Origin: Clostridia bacterium
GTDB lineage: Bacteria > Bacillota > Clostridia > Christensenellales > Aristaeellaceae
Direction of reading: 5' to 3'
DNA: 64,000 nt
NCBI GenBank assembly: GCA_030536295.1
Contig: JAUNQH010000005.1
Location: 898-64,897, forward strand
The notes under the pieces are model-generated. The model saw only the letters and a program-made list of their open reading frames with translations, did no database searches and had not been told where the DNA came from. This document shows positions 1 to 8,419 of this stretch, piece by piece. Each line of letters opens with the position of its first letter. Position 1 is the first letter of the stretch. Made by a program: the position numbers and the translations under genes.

Positions 1-618
1 ACAGTGATGGAGAACCTTTCATACGCGCTGATGGAAAGCCTTATAGCCGCTTACGGACTCGCTGTGCAGACCGGTCTCGGCGTCGCGAAAAAAGTGAACA
101 TGCTGGCTCATTGTATCGCCCGCGGCATGACGCAGGGGGTCCTTCCGCTGATCGGATACAACTACAGCGCCAAAAACTTCAGGCGGATGCGGTCGGCGCT
201 GTTTTGCAGCGCCGGTCTTTCAGCCACCGTATCGGTCATGCTGACGGTCCTGAATCTGACAATGGGCGGTCTTTTTGTGGGACTCTTTATTCACAGTACA
301 TCGGAAGCACTTGACGCGGGCACCCGTTTGCTTATGATATTATGTACGGGGGGACCGTTTTCCGCCTTTGCCTATACCGTTATTTCCTTTTTTCAGGCAA
401 CCGGAAAGGGTGTCCGGTCCTTTATGCTGGCGCTGCTGAGAAAAGGTCTGCTGGATATTCCGCTGATGTTTCTCCTGAATATATGGCTGAAGGATTCCGG
501 AATCGTTCTTGCGACCCCGATAGCAGATATTCTGTGCTGCACCGTTTCGGTTATTCTTCTTTTCCGCTTCCTGAAAACTTTACCTGATACATCCGCTGCG
601 ACGACGGGATCTGAATGA
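1..618 (+). CDS. MATE family efflux transporter, C-terminal part (5' truncated by window edge)
   Basis: Hydrophobic ORF with MATE signatures GMTQGVLPLIGYNYSAKNFRR and FFQATGKG; ORF runs off the window start. Confidence 0.85.
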   Translation, partial: TVMENLSYALMESLIAAYGLAVQTGLGVAKKVNMLAHCIARGMTQGVLPLIGYNYSAKNFRRMRSALFCSAGLSATVSVMLTVLNLTMGGLFVGLFIHSTSEALDAGTRLLMILCTGGPFSAFAYTVISFFQATGKGVRSFMLALLRKGLLDIPLMFLLNIWLKDSGIVLATPIADILCCTVSVILLFRFLKTLPDTSAATTGSE

Positions 619-642
619 TCCGCATATGAAAGGAAGACAGAT

Positions 643-1389
643 ATGCCACTTGCCGATGAAGCCGCTTTCTTTGAAGAAACAGACATTCCGGACTCGGCGC
701 CTGACGGCATTGATTCCGGCGACATGTGTCCCGAAGATCCGGAAGGCAAACCGGCGGAGGATCATGACATTCCCGGATGGATGACGTACGATGAAGAATC
801 CGATGACGCGGGAGACGGCAATGATGATGACGATCTGCTGTCCGCCGTGTTTACGGGTGACAACACCGATGATGTGAATCAGACGGCGCTGATGACTGTT
901 GCCGTGGACTACGTTTTTAAACGCGGAAAGATCAAGAAGAGCATTCGCAAGATCTGCCGCAAACTGATCAAAAAACACGCGTTGGAAACGGAACAGCATC
1001 AACCTGCCGGGCGCTTCGCGGAAAATTGCTGCAAACGCTTTGTCGGCAATGTGTTTGCGGAGTATGGGGAAAATCCGGATCAGGCGCTTGATATTGCTTA
1101 TTTCGGTGCCGTATGGCTGGTATCCGCCTTCAGGGAAGATATGAAGGGAATAAGCAAAAACGAAAAGGATGTATGGCCTTTTCTTGTAAAACATGTGAAA
1201 CCGGAGGAACTTCAGCGTAAGGCGCTGAAACAGCTGCAGGACAAAAAAGGAAAGAGCGTGAGGATCCTGAACGAGTATACGGAACGGCTGAATGTCAATG
1301 AGATCTGGGATAATATTGACGGCAGAATGAAGAAAAAGATCCTGAAAGGCGCATTCTGGCTGGGTGCCCTGAAAGCGATGAAGCATTGA
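643..1389 (+). CDS. hypothetical protein with very acidic N-terminal ~80 aa
   Basis: 248-aa ORF; RBS aaggaag upstream; co-oriented with neighbours. Confidence 0.7.
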   Translation: MPLADEAAFFEETDIPDSAPDGIDSGDMCPEDPEGKPAEDHDIPGWMTYDEESDDAGDGNDDDDLLSAVFTGDNTDDVNQTALMTVAVDYVFKRGKIKKSIRKICRKLIKKHALETEQHQPAGRFAENCCKRFVGNVFAEYGENPDQALDIAYFGAVWLVSAFREDMKGISKNEKDVWPFLVKHVKPEELQRKALKQLQDKKGKSVRILNEYTERLNVNEIWDNIDGRMKKKILKGAFWLGALKAMKH

Positions 1390-1486
1390 CCGGGAGTACT
1401 GAAGATCTCCGCGTCGGGCAGATATGGGCGAAAACGGAGGATCCGGTCAAAAAATACAGGAACAAAACAAACAAGCGGCCGTCTTG

Positions 1487-1515
1487 TTTACAATATGGTT
1501 TTCATATGTTATAAT
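1487..1515 (+). promoter_or_regulatory. sigma70-type promoter of the ABC importer operon
   Basis: TTTACA-17 nt-TATAAT with extended -10 TG; RBS aaggagg lies downstream. Confidence 0.75.
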
Positions 1516-1547
1516 TATCACACAAATAATTGAAGGAGGGCTTTTCT

Positions 1548-2741
1548 GTGAAAAAGTTCCTGGCTCTGGTTATGGCTGCCGCTATGCTGCTGTCCCTGGT
1601 TTCCGTCAGCGCTTCCGCGGAAGACTATACCATTCGTATCTACTCCAACTCCAACTCCACCGAACGCGTGAACTGGCTGGTCGCCGCCGCGAAGGAAGCC
1701 GGCTTCAGCATCTCCCTGGACGATAACTCCGTTATCTCCGGCGACACCGCCGCCATTCAGGCCGCCAATGAGAACAAGGACGGCGACATCCTGTTCGGTC
1801 TGAACGAGACCCGTTGGGGGCAGGTCGTGGACGGCACCTATGAGAACCTGTCCCTGGTTGACTGGACTCCCGCCTGGGCGGAAGAGGTCGGCAACTATGC
1901 TTACACCGGCAAGGCCTACGGTCTGGTCGTGCAGAACGTTCTGATGCTCTACCGCAATGACGAACTGGGCACCAACGGCGAAGCGCTGCATTTCCAGCAC
2001 TGGGCTGACATCGTGAACTGCGGCTACAAGTGGTATCGTCAGGGCAAGGTCGGCGGCACCACCAACGCCAACATCAACTCCGCCATGCTGTACGCCTTCA
2101 CTGATCCCACCTCTCCCGCCGGCGGCGTGTCCATTGACGGCTGGAAGACCCTGTGGGCCTACTGCGCGGGCGGCAACTTCACCGGCGATTCCTACGGCTT
2201 CGATCCCCTGAATCGCGGCGATGTGCAGGTATCCACCTTCTATTCCTCCTCTCTGTACGGCATGATCGACTCTGCCGCCGAATCTTCCTCCACGCCTCTG
2301 GTCGGCGCTCCCGAACCTGAAAACTGGAATCTGGTGGAGATCGACGACGGTACCTATTACATCGCCGAGTACCTGGGCATTCTGGAACGTGAAGGCCGCA
2401 CCGAAGCCCAGACTGAGATCGTGAAAGCTTTCGCCGAGTGGTTCGGTTCCGCCGAGACCCAGGCCGCGTGGGCTGACGAGTTCGACTCCTTCCCCTGCAA
2501 TCAGGTTGCTGCCGCTGCCGCCTATGAGACGACCCCCGGCATCTACACCCTGAAGAACTTCGCCCTGAACACCGTGGAAGGCACCGATATGACCTATGCC
2601 GCTTATGTTGCCGCCCATTCCGCCGAATGGACCAACATCATGACCAACCTCGGCTTCTACTGGAAAGACATGAGCGCCCCCAACGCCGAACCCGACTGGG
2701 ACAACCTGGATTGGGCCACGCTGACGCAGGCTGCTCAGTAA
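1548..2741 (+). CDS. ABC transporter substrate-binding protein (Fe3+/thiamine/2-aminoethylphosphonate class)
   Basis: GTG start after aaggagg; signal peptide KKFLALVMAAAMLLSL; IRIYSNS and DILFGLN motifs; first gene of an SBP-ATPase-permease operon. Confidence 0.85.
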   Translation: MKKFLALVMAAAMLLSLVSVSASAEDYTIRIYSNSNSTERVNWLVAAAKEAGFSISLDDNSVISGDTAAIQAANENKDGDILFGLNETRWGQVVDGTYENLSLVDWTPAWAEEVGNYAYTGKAYGLVVQNVLMLYRNDELGTNGEALHFQHWADIVNCGYKWYRQGKVGGTTNANINSAMLYAFTDPTSPAGGVSIDGWKTLWAYCAGGNFTGDSYGFDPLNRGDVQVSTFYSSSLYGMIDSAAESSSTPLVGAPEPENWNLVEIDDGTYYIAEYLGILEREGRTEAQTEIVKAFAEWFGSAETQAAWADEFDSFPCNQVAAAAAYETTPGIYTLKNFALNTVEGTDMTYAAYVAAHSAEWTNIMTNLGFYWKDMSAPNAEPDWDNLDWATLTQAAQ

Positions 2742-2780
2742 TCATCCGATACATATGCTGACTGACGATCGTTAGCAGCG

Positions 2781-2816
2781 CATGGCGGGTCGCTGACACG
2801 GCCCGCCATGTTCTTT
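2781..2816 (+). terminator. intercistronic stem-loop after the SBP gene (stabiliser/partial terminator)
   Basis: catggcggg...cccgccatg followed by ttcttt. Confidence 0.55.
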
Positions 2817-2894
2817 ATACCCGGCGCGGGCGCGTGAACCCGGGCGGGGGAGAAGCATTCAAAAAACGAATTCAGAATATAAGGGGAGATCACC

Positions 2895-3914
2895 ATGCCT
2901 TCCGAACAGGAAAAAATGATCGAGCTCAGGGATATTGTAGTCAAATTCGGGGATTTTGAAGCGCTGCATCATATTAATGTTGATGTCCGAAAAGGTGAGT
3001 TCTTTACTTTCCTCGGCCCCAGCGGATGCGGAAAAACCACGACGCTCCGCACCATCACGGGATTTATCGATCCTGTGCAGGGAAAGGTGTTTGTGGACAA
3101 TAAGGACATCACAAATGTGCCCATTGAAAAGAGAAACATCGGCATTGTTTTTCAGAGCTATGCCCTGTTTCCCACAATGACGGTGTATGACAATATCGCC
3201 TTCGGCCTGAAGGTCAAGAAACAGAGCAAGGCTGAGGTGGACCGCAACGTACGCGCCATCGCGAAAAAGGTGGACCTGAGCGATGAACAGCTTGCCAAGG
3301 CGGTATCGCAGCTCTCAGGCGGACAGCAGCAGCGTGTCGCCATCGCCCGCGCGCTGGTCACGGGTCCGGCCATTATCTGCATGGATGAGCCGCTGTCCAA
3401 TCTGGATGCCAAGCTGCGCGTACAGCTGCGCAATGAGCTCAAAAAGATGCAGCGCGAGTTCGGTATCACCACGATCTATGTCACACATGATCAGGAAGAG
3501 GCGCTGACCCTGAGCGACCGCATTGCCGTATTCAACAAGGGCTTTATCGAGCAGATCGGTACGCCGAATGAGATCTACAATCATTCAAAGACGGAGTTTG
3601 TCTGCAATTTTATCGGCGATATCAACAAACTGGAGGATGAGATCACCGGCAAAATGCAGCTTGACGCTTCCTGCCATCACTTTATCCGCCTGGAGCGGGT
3701 GCATGTGAACCGCGGCGAATGCGACCTGAACCTGGAAGGCGTGATCGAAAGCCGCGAATACTACGGGCTGTACATCAAGTATTACATCCGCACGGCAGGG
3801 CAGACGATCAAGGTCATTGAAAAGAATGACGGCATCAATATCTATGAAGCGGGGCAGACCGTAACCGTGGGCATCAACCGCGAGGATCTGATGAGCTATC
3901 CTGTACAGGAATAA
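2895..3914 (+). CDS. ABC transporter ATP-binding protein (FbpC/PotA class)
   Basis: Walker A GPSGCGKTT, LSGGQQQR, DEPLSNLDAKLR, VTHDQEEA. Confidence 0.95.
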   Translation: MPSEQEKMIELRDIVVKFGDFEALHHINVDVRKGEFFTFLGPSGCGKTTTLRTITGFIDPVQGKVFVDNKDITNVPIEKRNIGIVFQSYALFPTMTVYDNIAFGLKVKKQSKAEVDRNVRAIAKKVDLSDEQLAKAVSQLSGGQQQRVAIARALVTGPAIICMDEPLSNLDAKLRVQLRNELKKMQREFGITTIYVTHDQEEALTLSDRIAVFNKGFIEQIGTPNEIYNHSKTEFVCNFIGDINKLEDEITGKMQLDASCHHFIRLERVHVNRGECDLNLEGVIESREYYGLYIKYYIRTAGQTIKVIEKNDGINIYEAGQTVTVGINREDLMSYPVQE

Positions 3915-3926
3915 GGAGGTCTTCAG

Positions 3927-5831
3927 ATGAAAAACAAATCCGAATGGCTGAAGCCTTCCCTGATCTGGAAAGTATTCGGCATCGCTTTCTTTGTTTATCT
4001 TTTCTTCGGCTTCATGCTGCTGCCGTGCCTGAACACCATTACGCAGATCTTTACCGCGAAGAACGCGGCGGGGGAGATCGACCCGCTGGCGGTCATCAAA
4101 TTCTTCTTCGCGGGCAATATGCCCAGTTACGTGTGGAATTCCCTGAAGCTGGCTATCTGCCTTGTGATCACCGTGAATGTGGTGGGCATCTCCATCGTGC
4201 TGCTGACCGAGTATTTTGAGATCAAAGGCGCAAAGGTCCTCAGGCTTGGCTATATGACCACGCTGATCTATTCCGGCGTCGCGCTGGTTACGGGCTATCT
4301 GTTCCTGTATGACAGCGACGGTATGCTGACCACATGGCTTGTGAAGGTCTTTCCGGGAATGAATAAAGAGTGGTTCTCGGGTTTCAACGCTGTGCTGTTT
4401 ACCATGACCTTTGCCTGCACCAGCAACCACATGCTGTTTTTGCGCAATGCCATTCGCGGCATCGACTACAACACGGTGGAGGCGGCGCGGAATATGGGCG
4501 CGAAGCCTTTCAAGGTGCTGCTGAAGGTCGTTTTCCCGACCCTGATCCCTACCATGTTCTCCCTGACGGTCATGACCTTTATCACCGGTCTTTGCGCCAT
4601 GAGCGCTCCCACCCTGCTGGGTTATGACTCCATCAACCCGGAGATCGTCCGTCTTGCCGGGTCATCCGTGGCGGACGAAGCTTTCCCGCAGGCGCGTGCC
4701 GCGCTGCTGTCCATCATTCTGGCACTGTTCACCATCGTGCTGCTGACGGTGCTTTCCTCCTACGAGCGCAAAGGGCATTACCTTTCCGTGAGCAAGACCA
4801 AGGCAAAGCTCGTGAAGCAGAAGATCAACAACCCTGTGGCAAATGTGCTGGCGCATATTTATGCCTATGTGCTGTTCATCATCTATATGACGCCCGTTGT
4901 CATGATCGTTGTCTTTGCTTTCCAGAATTATCCCGCCATCCGGTCCAAGACCCTGAACCTGGGCGACTGGACACTGGTCAATTTCTTCGGTCAGCAGGAC
5001 TATGAATATCTGACCAACAGAGGCAAATACAAGACGCGCGTTGGCTCCATTTCCGGCCTGTTTGCCAACAGCGATACGGTGGGCGGCATCCGGCTCTCCT
5101 TTGTGCTGTCCGCTCTGGCGGCGGCGCTCGCGTGCGTGATCGTGGTCATTGCCGTCAACTATATCTTCAAGAACAAGGGCAAGAAACGCTCCACGGTATT
5201 GGAATACAGCCTGCTGTTCCCCTGGCTGCTGCCCACCATCCTGATCTGTTATTCCTACCGCACCTACTTTAATTCCAACGATGTCTGGTATGTTTTCAAC
5301 ACGAATCTGTACTGGATGGAGAATGTGCGTTTCCTGATCGTGATGGCATATACGGTGGTCAAGCTGCCCTTTGCATTGCGCATGGTGAAGGCGGCGTTCT
5401 ACGCCATAGATGACGAACTGGAGGAGGCGGCAAAGAACCTGGGCGCCAGTCCGCTGGTCACATTCCTGCGGGTCAAACTGCCGATCGTGCTGCCCAGCGT
5501 GCTGGCAGTATTCGCGCTGAACTTCAACGCGCTGTTTACGGAATACGATATGAGCGCCACCTTCCATTCCAGCTACGGTAAGTCCTACGCCATGGTCATT
5601 CAGAACATGTGCGCCGAGGAAGGACGGGACGGCTATAACATCAATGCCTCCGGCCGCCGCTGCGCGTCCACTGTGTTTATCATGATCGTCTCCGGTATTA
5701 TCCTGTATCTGGTGTACGGCGTGGGAGCACGCGACCTGGGCGAACGCCTGGCTATCAGGGAAAAGCGCAGGAAGCGCGTTGAAAAGATCAAAGCGAAGTT
5801 TACGGGAAAGAAAACAAACAACGCTGCATGA
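3927..5831 (+). CDS. ABC transporter permease with two fused domains (FbpB class)
   Basis: Many TM helices; two EAA loops (EAARNMGA, EEAAKNLGA). Confidence 0.9.
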   Translation: MKNKSEWLKPSLIWKVFGIAFFVYLFFGFMLLPCLNTITQIFTAKNAAGEIDPLAVIKFFFAGNMPSYVWNSLKLAICLVITVNVVGISIVLLTEYFEIKGAKVLRLGYMTTLIYSGVALVTGYLFLYDSDGMLTTWLVKVFPGMNKEWFSGFNAVLFTMTFACTSNHMLFLRNAIRGIDYNTVEAARNMGAKPFKVLLKVVFPTLIPTMFSLTVMTFITGLCAMSAPTLLGYDSINPEIVRLAGSSVADEAFPQARAALLSIILALFTIVLLTVLSSYERKGHYLSVSKTKAKLVKQKINNPVANVLAHIYAYVLFIIYMTPVVMIVVFAFQNYPAIRSKTLNLGDWTLVNFFGQQDYEYLTNRGKYKTRVGSISGLFANSDTVGGIRLSFVLSALAAALACVIVVIAVNYIFKNKGKKRSTVLEYSLLFPWLLPTILICYSYRTYFNSNDVWYVFNTNLYWMENVRFLIVMAYTVVKLPFALRMVKAAFYAIDDELEEAAKNLGASPLVTFLRVKLPIVLPSVLAVFALNFNALFTEYDMSATFHSSYGKSYAMVIQNMCAEEGRDGYNINASGRRCASTVFIMIVSGIILYLVYGVGARDLGERLAIREKRRKRVEKIKAKFTGKKTNNAA

Positions 5832-5834
5832 ACA

Positions 5835-5860
5835 GAGCCGCCCGGCAGGGCGGCTTTTTC
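5835..5860 (+). terminator. rho-independent terminator
   Basis: agccgccc-ggca-gggcggct-ttttc directly after the permease stop. Confidence 0.8.
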
Positions 5861-5976
5861 ATATGCAAAAAGCCTGCCGGGGAAGCCGGCAGCCTTTGGA
5901 TCATTCACCGGAATTCTGCGAAAAGCGTTTTGAAAAATACAGGGAGATCCTTCTGATGATAACCGGGATGACTGTG

Positions 5977-6483
5977 TCAGTTTTCCTGTATGTTTTCCCA
6001 GGTCTCTTCCTCTTCACGCTGCTCCCAGTATTCCTCCTCGGCCCTGCAGGAAGGCACGCGAATGTCGTTCAGGCACTTGCCCGCGTTCCGCTGCCTGAAT
6101 TTTTCGATCTCAAGCGGATCCGCCTGCGCGTACCAGTGCATGTAGCGCCAGATCACAGTCTGTTCTTTGGAGTATTTATCTTCTTCTTCCAGACCCCGGA
6201 ACAGATCGGCACCGGAATCGAAACGCGCTTTCTCATCAGTTGAAAGTGCCCTGCGGAAGGAAATATCCTGCAGCTCGGCATTGGTGAAGGCGTCAAACAG
6301 GCTGACCGCGTTTTCATAAAAGTACAGCTTATCCGATCTTTTGACCATCGAGTGGAAGCGCACGCTTCTGTCCCTCACGTTGCGGACAAGGATCTCGATC
6401 ACCGGACAGCCGCCGATCCTGCCGCAGACGGTACTGCTCCGGGTTATGCCTGTACGGATACTTTCCACTTTCAGTCTTTTCAT
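5977..6483 (-). CDS. hypothetical protein (paralogue of 6694-7206)
   Basis: Start MKRLKVESIRTGIT; shares SIRxGITxxSxVCGxIxGxP, FYE, QRNAGxxLNxxxxP and AEEEYxEQREEEExWE with the neighbour. Confidence 0.7.
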   Translation of the reverse strand: MKRLKVESIRTGITRSSTVCGRIGGCPVIEILVRNVRDRSVRFHSMVKRSDKLYFYENAVSLFDAFTNAELQDISFRRALSTDEKARFDSGADLFRGLEEEDKYSKEQTVIWRYMHWYAQADPLEIEKFRQRNAGKCLNDIRVPSCRAEEEYWEQREEEETWENIQEN

Positions 6484-6693
6484 GGTATCGTCCCCCGTGC
6501 CGCTGCCGTTTACCGGCACCGCGGCATGCGGCAGCTGCCGGAAATATGCCGGAAACCGCCTGTATGGGTCCACTATTCGCTTTCGGAAAGCCGTACTCCT
6601 GCATGATTTTTCGTGAAAAACACGAATAACCGTATATATATACAGATATAACCGAAAAACCGAATAATTATCAAATTCAGACTGGTGCCGGAG

Positions 6694-7206
6694 TTAAAAG
6701 ATGCCGTCCTCTTCCTCTTCCCACAGTTCCTCTTCCTCGCGCTGCTCAAGGTATTCCTCTTCGGCATCCGTAGCCGGGATGATCATGTTGTTCAGATACA
6801 GGCCGGCATTGCGCTGCATGAAAGTACGCAGATCATACTGATCTGCCTGCAGGCAGTAATACAGGAATTTTCGCTTCACCTCGTCATCGGCGGAGGAAAT
6901 GAATCCTTCCTCCAGATCCTCATACAGTTCCGCGGCATCCCGATACTTCGCGATCTCGTGCTGCGCCAGCAGAAGGCGGAAATCGGCGGTCTGCTTCGCG
7001 GTTTCGGTGAACCCTTCAAACACGCTGACCGGAGTTTCATAGAAGCAGATGCGGCCGAACAGCTCCACCGCGGTGCAGAAGGTGACCGTGCCGGTGTCAA
7101 CATCCCGGATCGCCGCTTCCGCGACCGGATGCCCCTCAATGGGACCGCAGACCCGGCTGCCTGCCGTGATGCCGCAGCGGATGCTGTCCACAAACAATCT
7201 GCTCAT
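6694..7206 (-). CDS. hypothetical protein (paralogue of 5977-6483)
   Basis: RBS aggag then MSRLFVDSIRCGIT; acidic C-terminus. Confidence 0.75.
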   Translation of the reverse strand: MSRLFVDSIRCGITAGSRVCGPIEGHPVAEAAIRDVDTGTVTFCTAVELFGRICFYETPVSVFEGFTETAKQTADFRLLLAQHEIAKYRDAAELYEDLEEGFISSADDEVKRKFLYYCLQADQYDLRTFMQRNAGLYLNNMIIPATDAEEEYLEQREEEELWEEEEDGIF

Positions 7207-7270
7207 GCTGTCATGCTCCTTTACGCATTGTCCGGCGCGGTATGCCGCGAACAGCTTACCGACCGGAATC

Positions 7271-7299
7271 AATATAGCACACGGACGCGGCGCAGGCAA
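7271..7299 (-). promoter_or_regulatory. sigma70-type promoter
   Basis: Minus strand TTGCCT-17-TATATT with extended TG. Confidence 0.5.
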
Positions 7300-7538
7300 G
7301 ACGCTGAGATACGCATGGTGCTGTACAACAGCCTCAGAGACTGTTGTACATGCTGCCGAAAGATCCGCGGAATGTCAATAATCGCCAACTTTTTCGGAAC
7401 TGATCCCTATTGACTGTTGCGCGCAAGCATCAAGTCAGTTATACTGCATTCTGTGCTTTGGTAATAAACTGTACGGGACGGATGAAGCGGACATGGTTCC
7501 TGTAACCGTTTTCCTGAATAAACCGAAAGGCCGCGGAT

Positions 7539-8321
7539 ATGAAAACACAAGAAAAAAAGCAAAAGCTCAGCATCGTCAGTATGATGCACTATGTGCGCCT
7601 GCTGTACAGAACCGTGCTGTTTATATGGCTGGCGGTTGATTATATTCTGAACCATATCTGCCGGAAGGAGCCGATCGACGGCTGGCTGGAACAGCAGCCT
7701 GTGATCCTGATCGTGACCTGGACCGTATTTGTGATCGAGATGATCCTGCGCTTTTTCCCTTCCCGGTTTGAAAGCCCGGGCTGTCAGAAACAGTTCGCGA
7801 GGAATTATGCCAAGTCCGGTAAAACAGAGATCGTGATCCCGGATAATCACGCGACGGTGCTTGTCGCGCTGCTGTGGATCGTATTCAACGGGATCTTCGG
7901 CGCCCTGAACATGCTGGGCATTCTGGATGACGGCGTCATGATCCTGCTCAGCAGCGCGTACTCAGTCTGCGATATGATCTGCATTCTGTTCTTCTGTCCT
8001 TTCCAGACATGGTTTATGAAGAACAAGTGCTGCAGTGCCTGCCGTATCTATAACTGGGACTACGCGATGATGTTCACGCCGCTTTTCTTTGTCCGCCGTT
8101 CCTATTCCTGGAGCCTGCTTGCGCTTTCTGTTGCTTTGCTGATCCGGTGGGAGATCACCTGCTTCCGTCACCCGGAGCGTTTTTCCGAAAACACGAATGA
8201 CTATCTGCGGTGCGCTAATTGTACGGAAAAGCTGTGCACACATAAAAAACAACTGATGTCACTATGGCAGGAAGCGGAAGCATATACGCAGGAGCGCATC
8301 AGAAGACTGAAGCGTGAATGA
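7539..8321 (+). CDS. Cys-rich membrane protein of unknown function
   Basis: About 5 TM segments; motifs FFCPFQ, NKCCSACRIYNWD, LRCANCTEKLC; upstream TTGCGC-17-TATACT (7417-7445). Confidence 0.8.
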   Translation: MKTQEKKQKLSIVSMMHYVRLLYRTVLFIWLAVDYILNHICRKEPIDGWLEQQPVILIVTWTVFVIEMILRFFPSRFESPGCQKQFARNYAKSGKTEIVIPDNHATVLVALLWIVFNGIFGALNMLGILDDGVMILLSSAYSVCDMICILFFCPFQTWFMKNKCCSACRIYNWDYAMMFTPLFFVRRSYSWSLLALSVALLIRWEITCFRHPERFSENTNDYLRCANCTEKLCTHKKQLMSLWQEAEAYTQERIRRLKRE

Positions 8322-8350
8322 CAGTTCCGCCTGATTGCCTGAAAATGAAA

Positions 8351-8396
8351 GGGATCCGGTACCGTGCCGATACAGTACCGGATCTCTCTTTTTTTG
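8351..8396. terminator. terminator between convergent genes
   Basis: gggatccggtac...gtaccggatctc stem followed by a T run. Confidence 0.75.
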
Positions 8397-8419
8397 TATT
8401 TGTACGGGATATTACGTCT

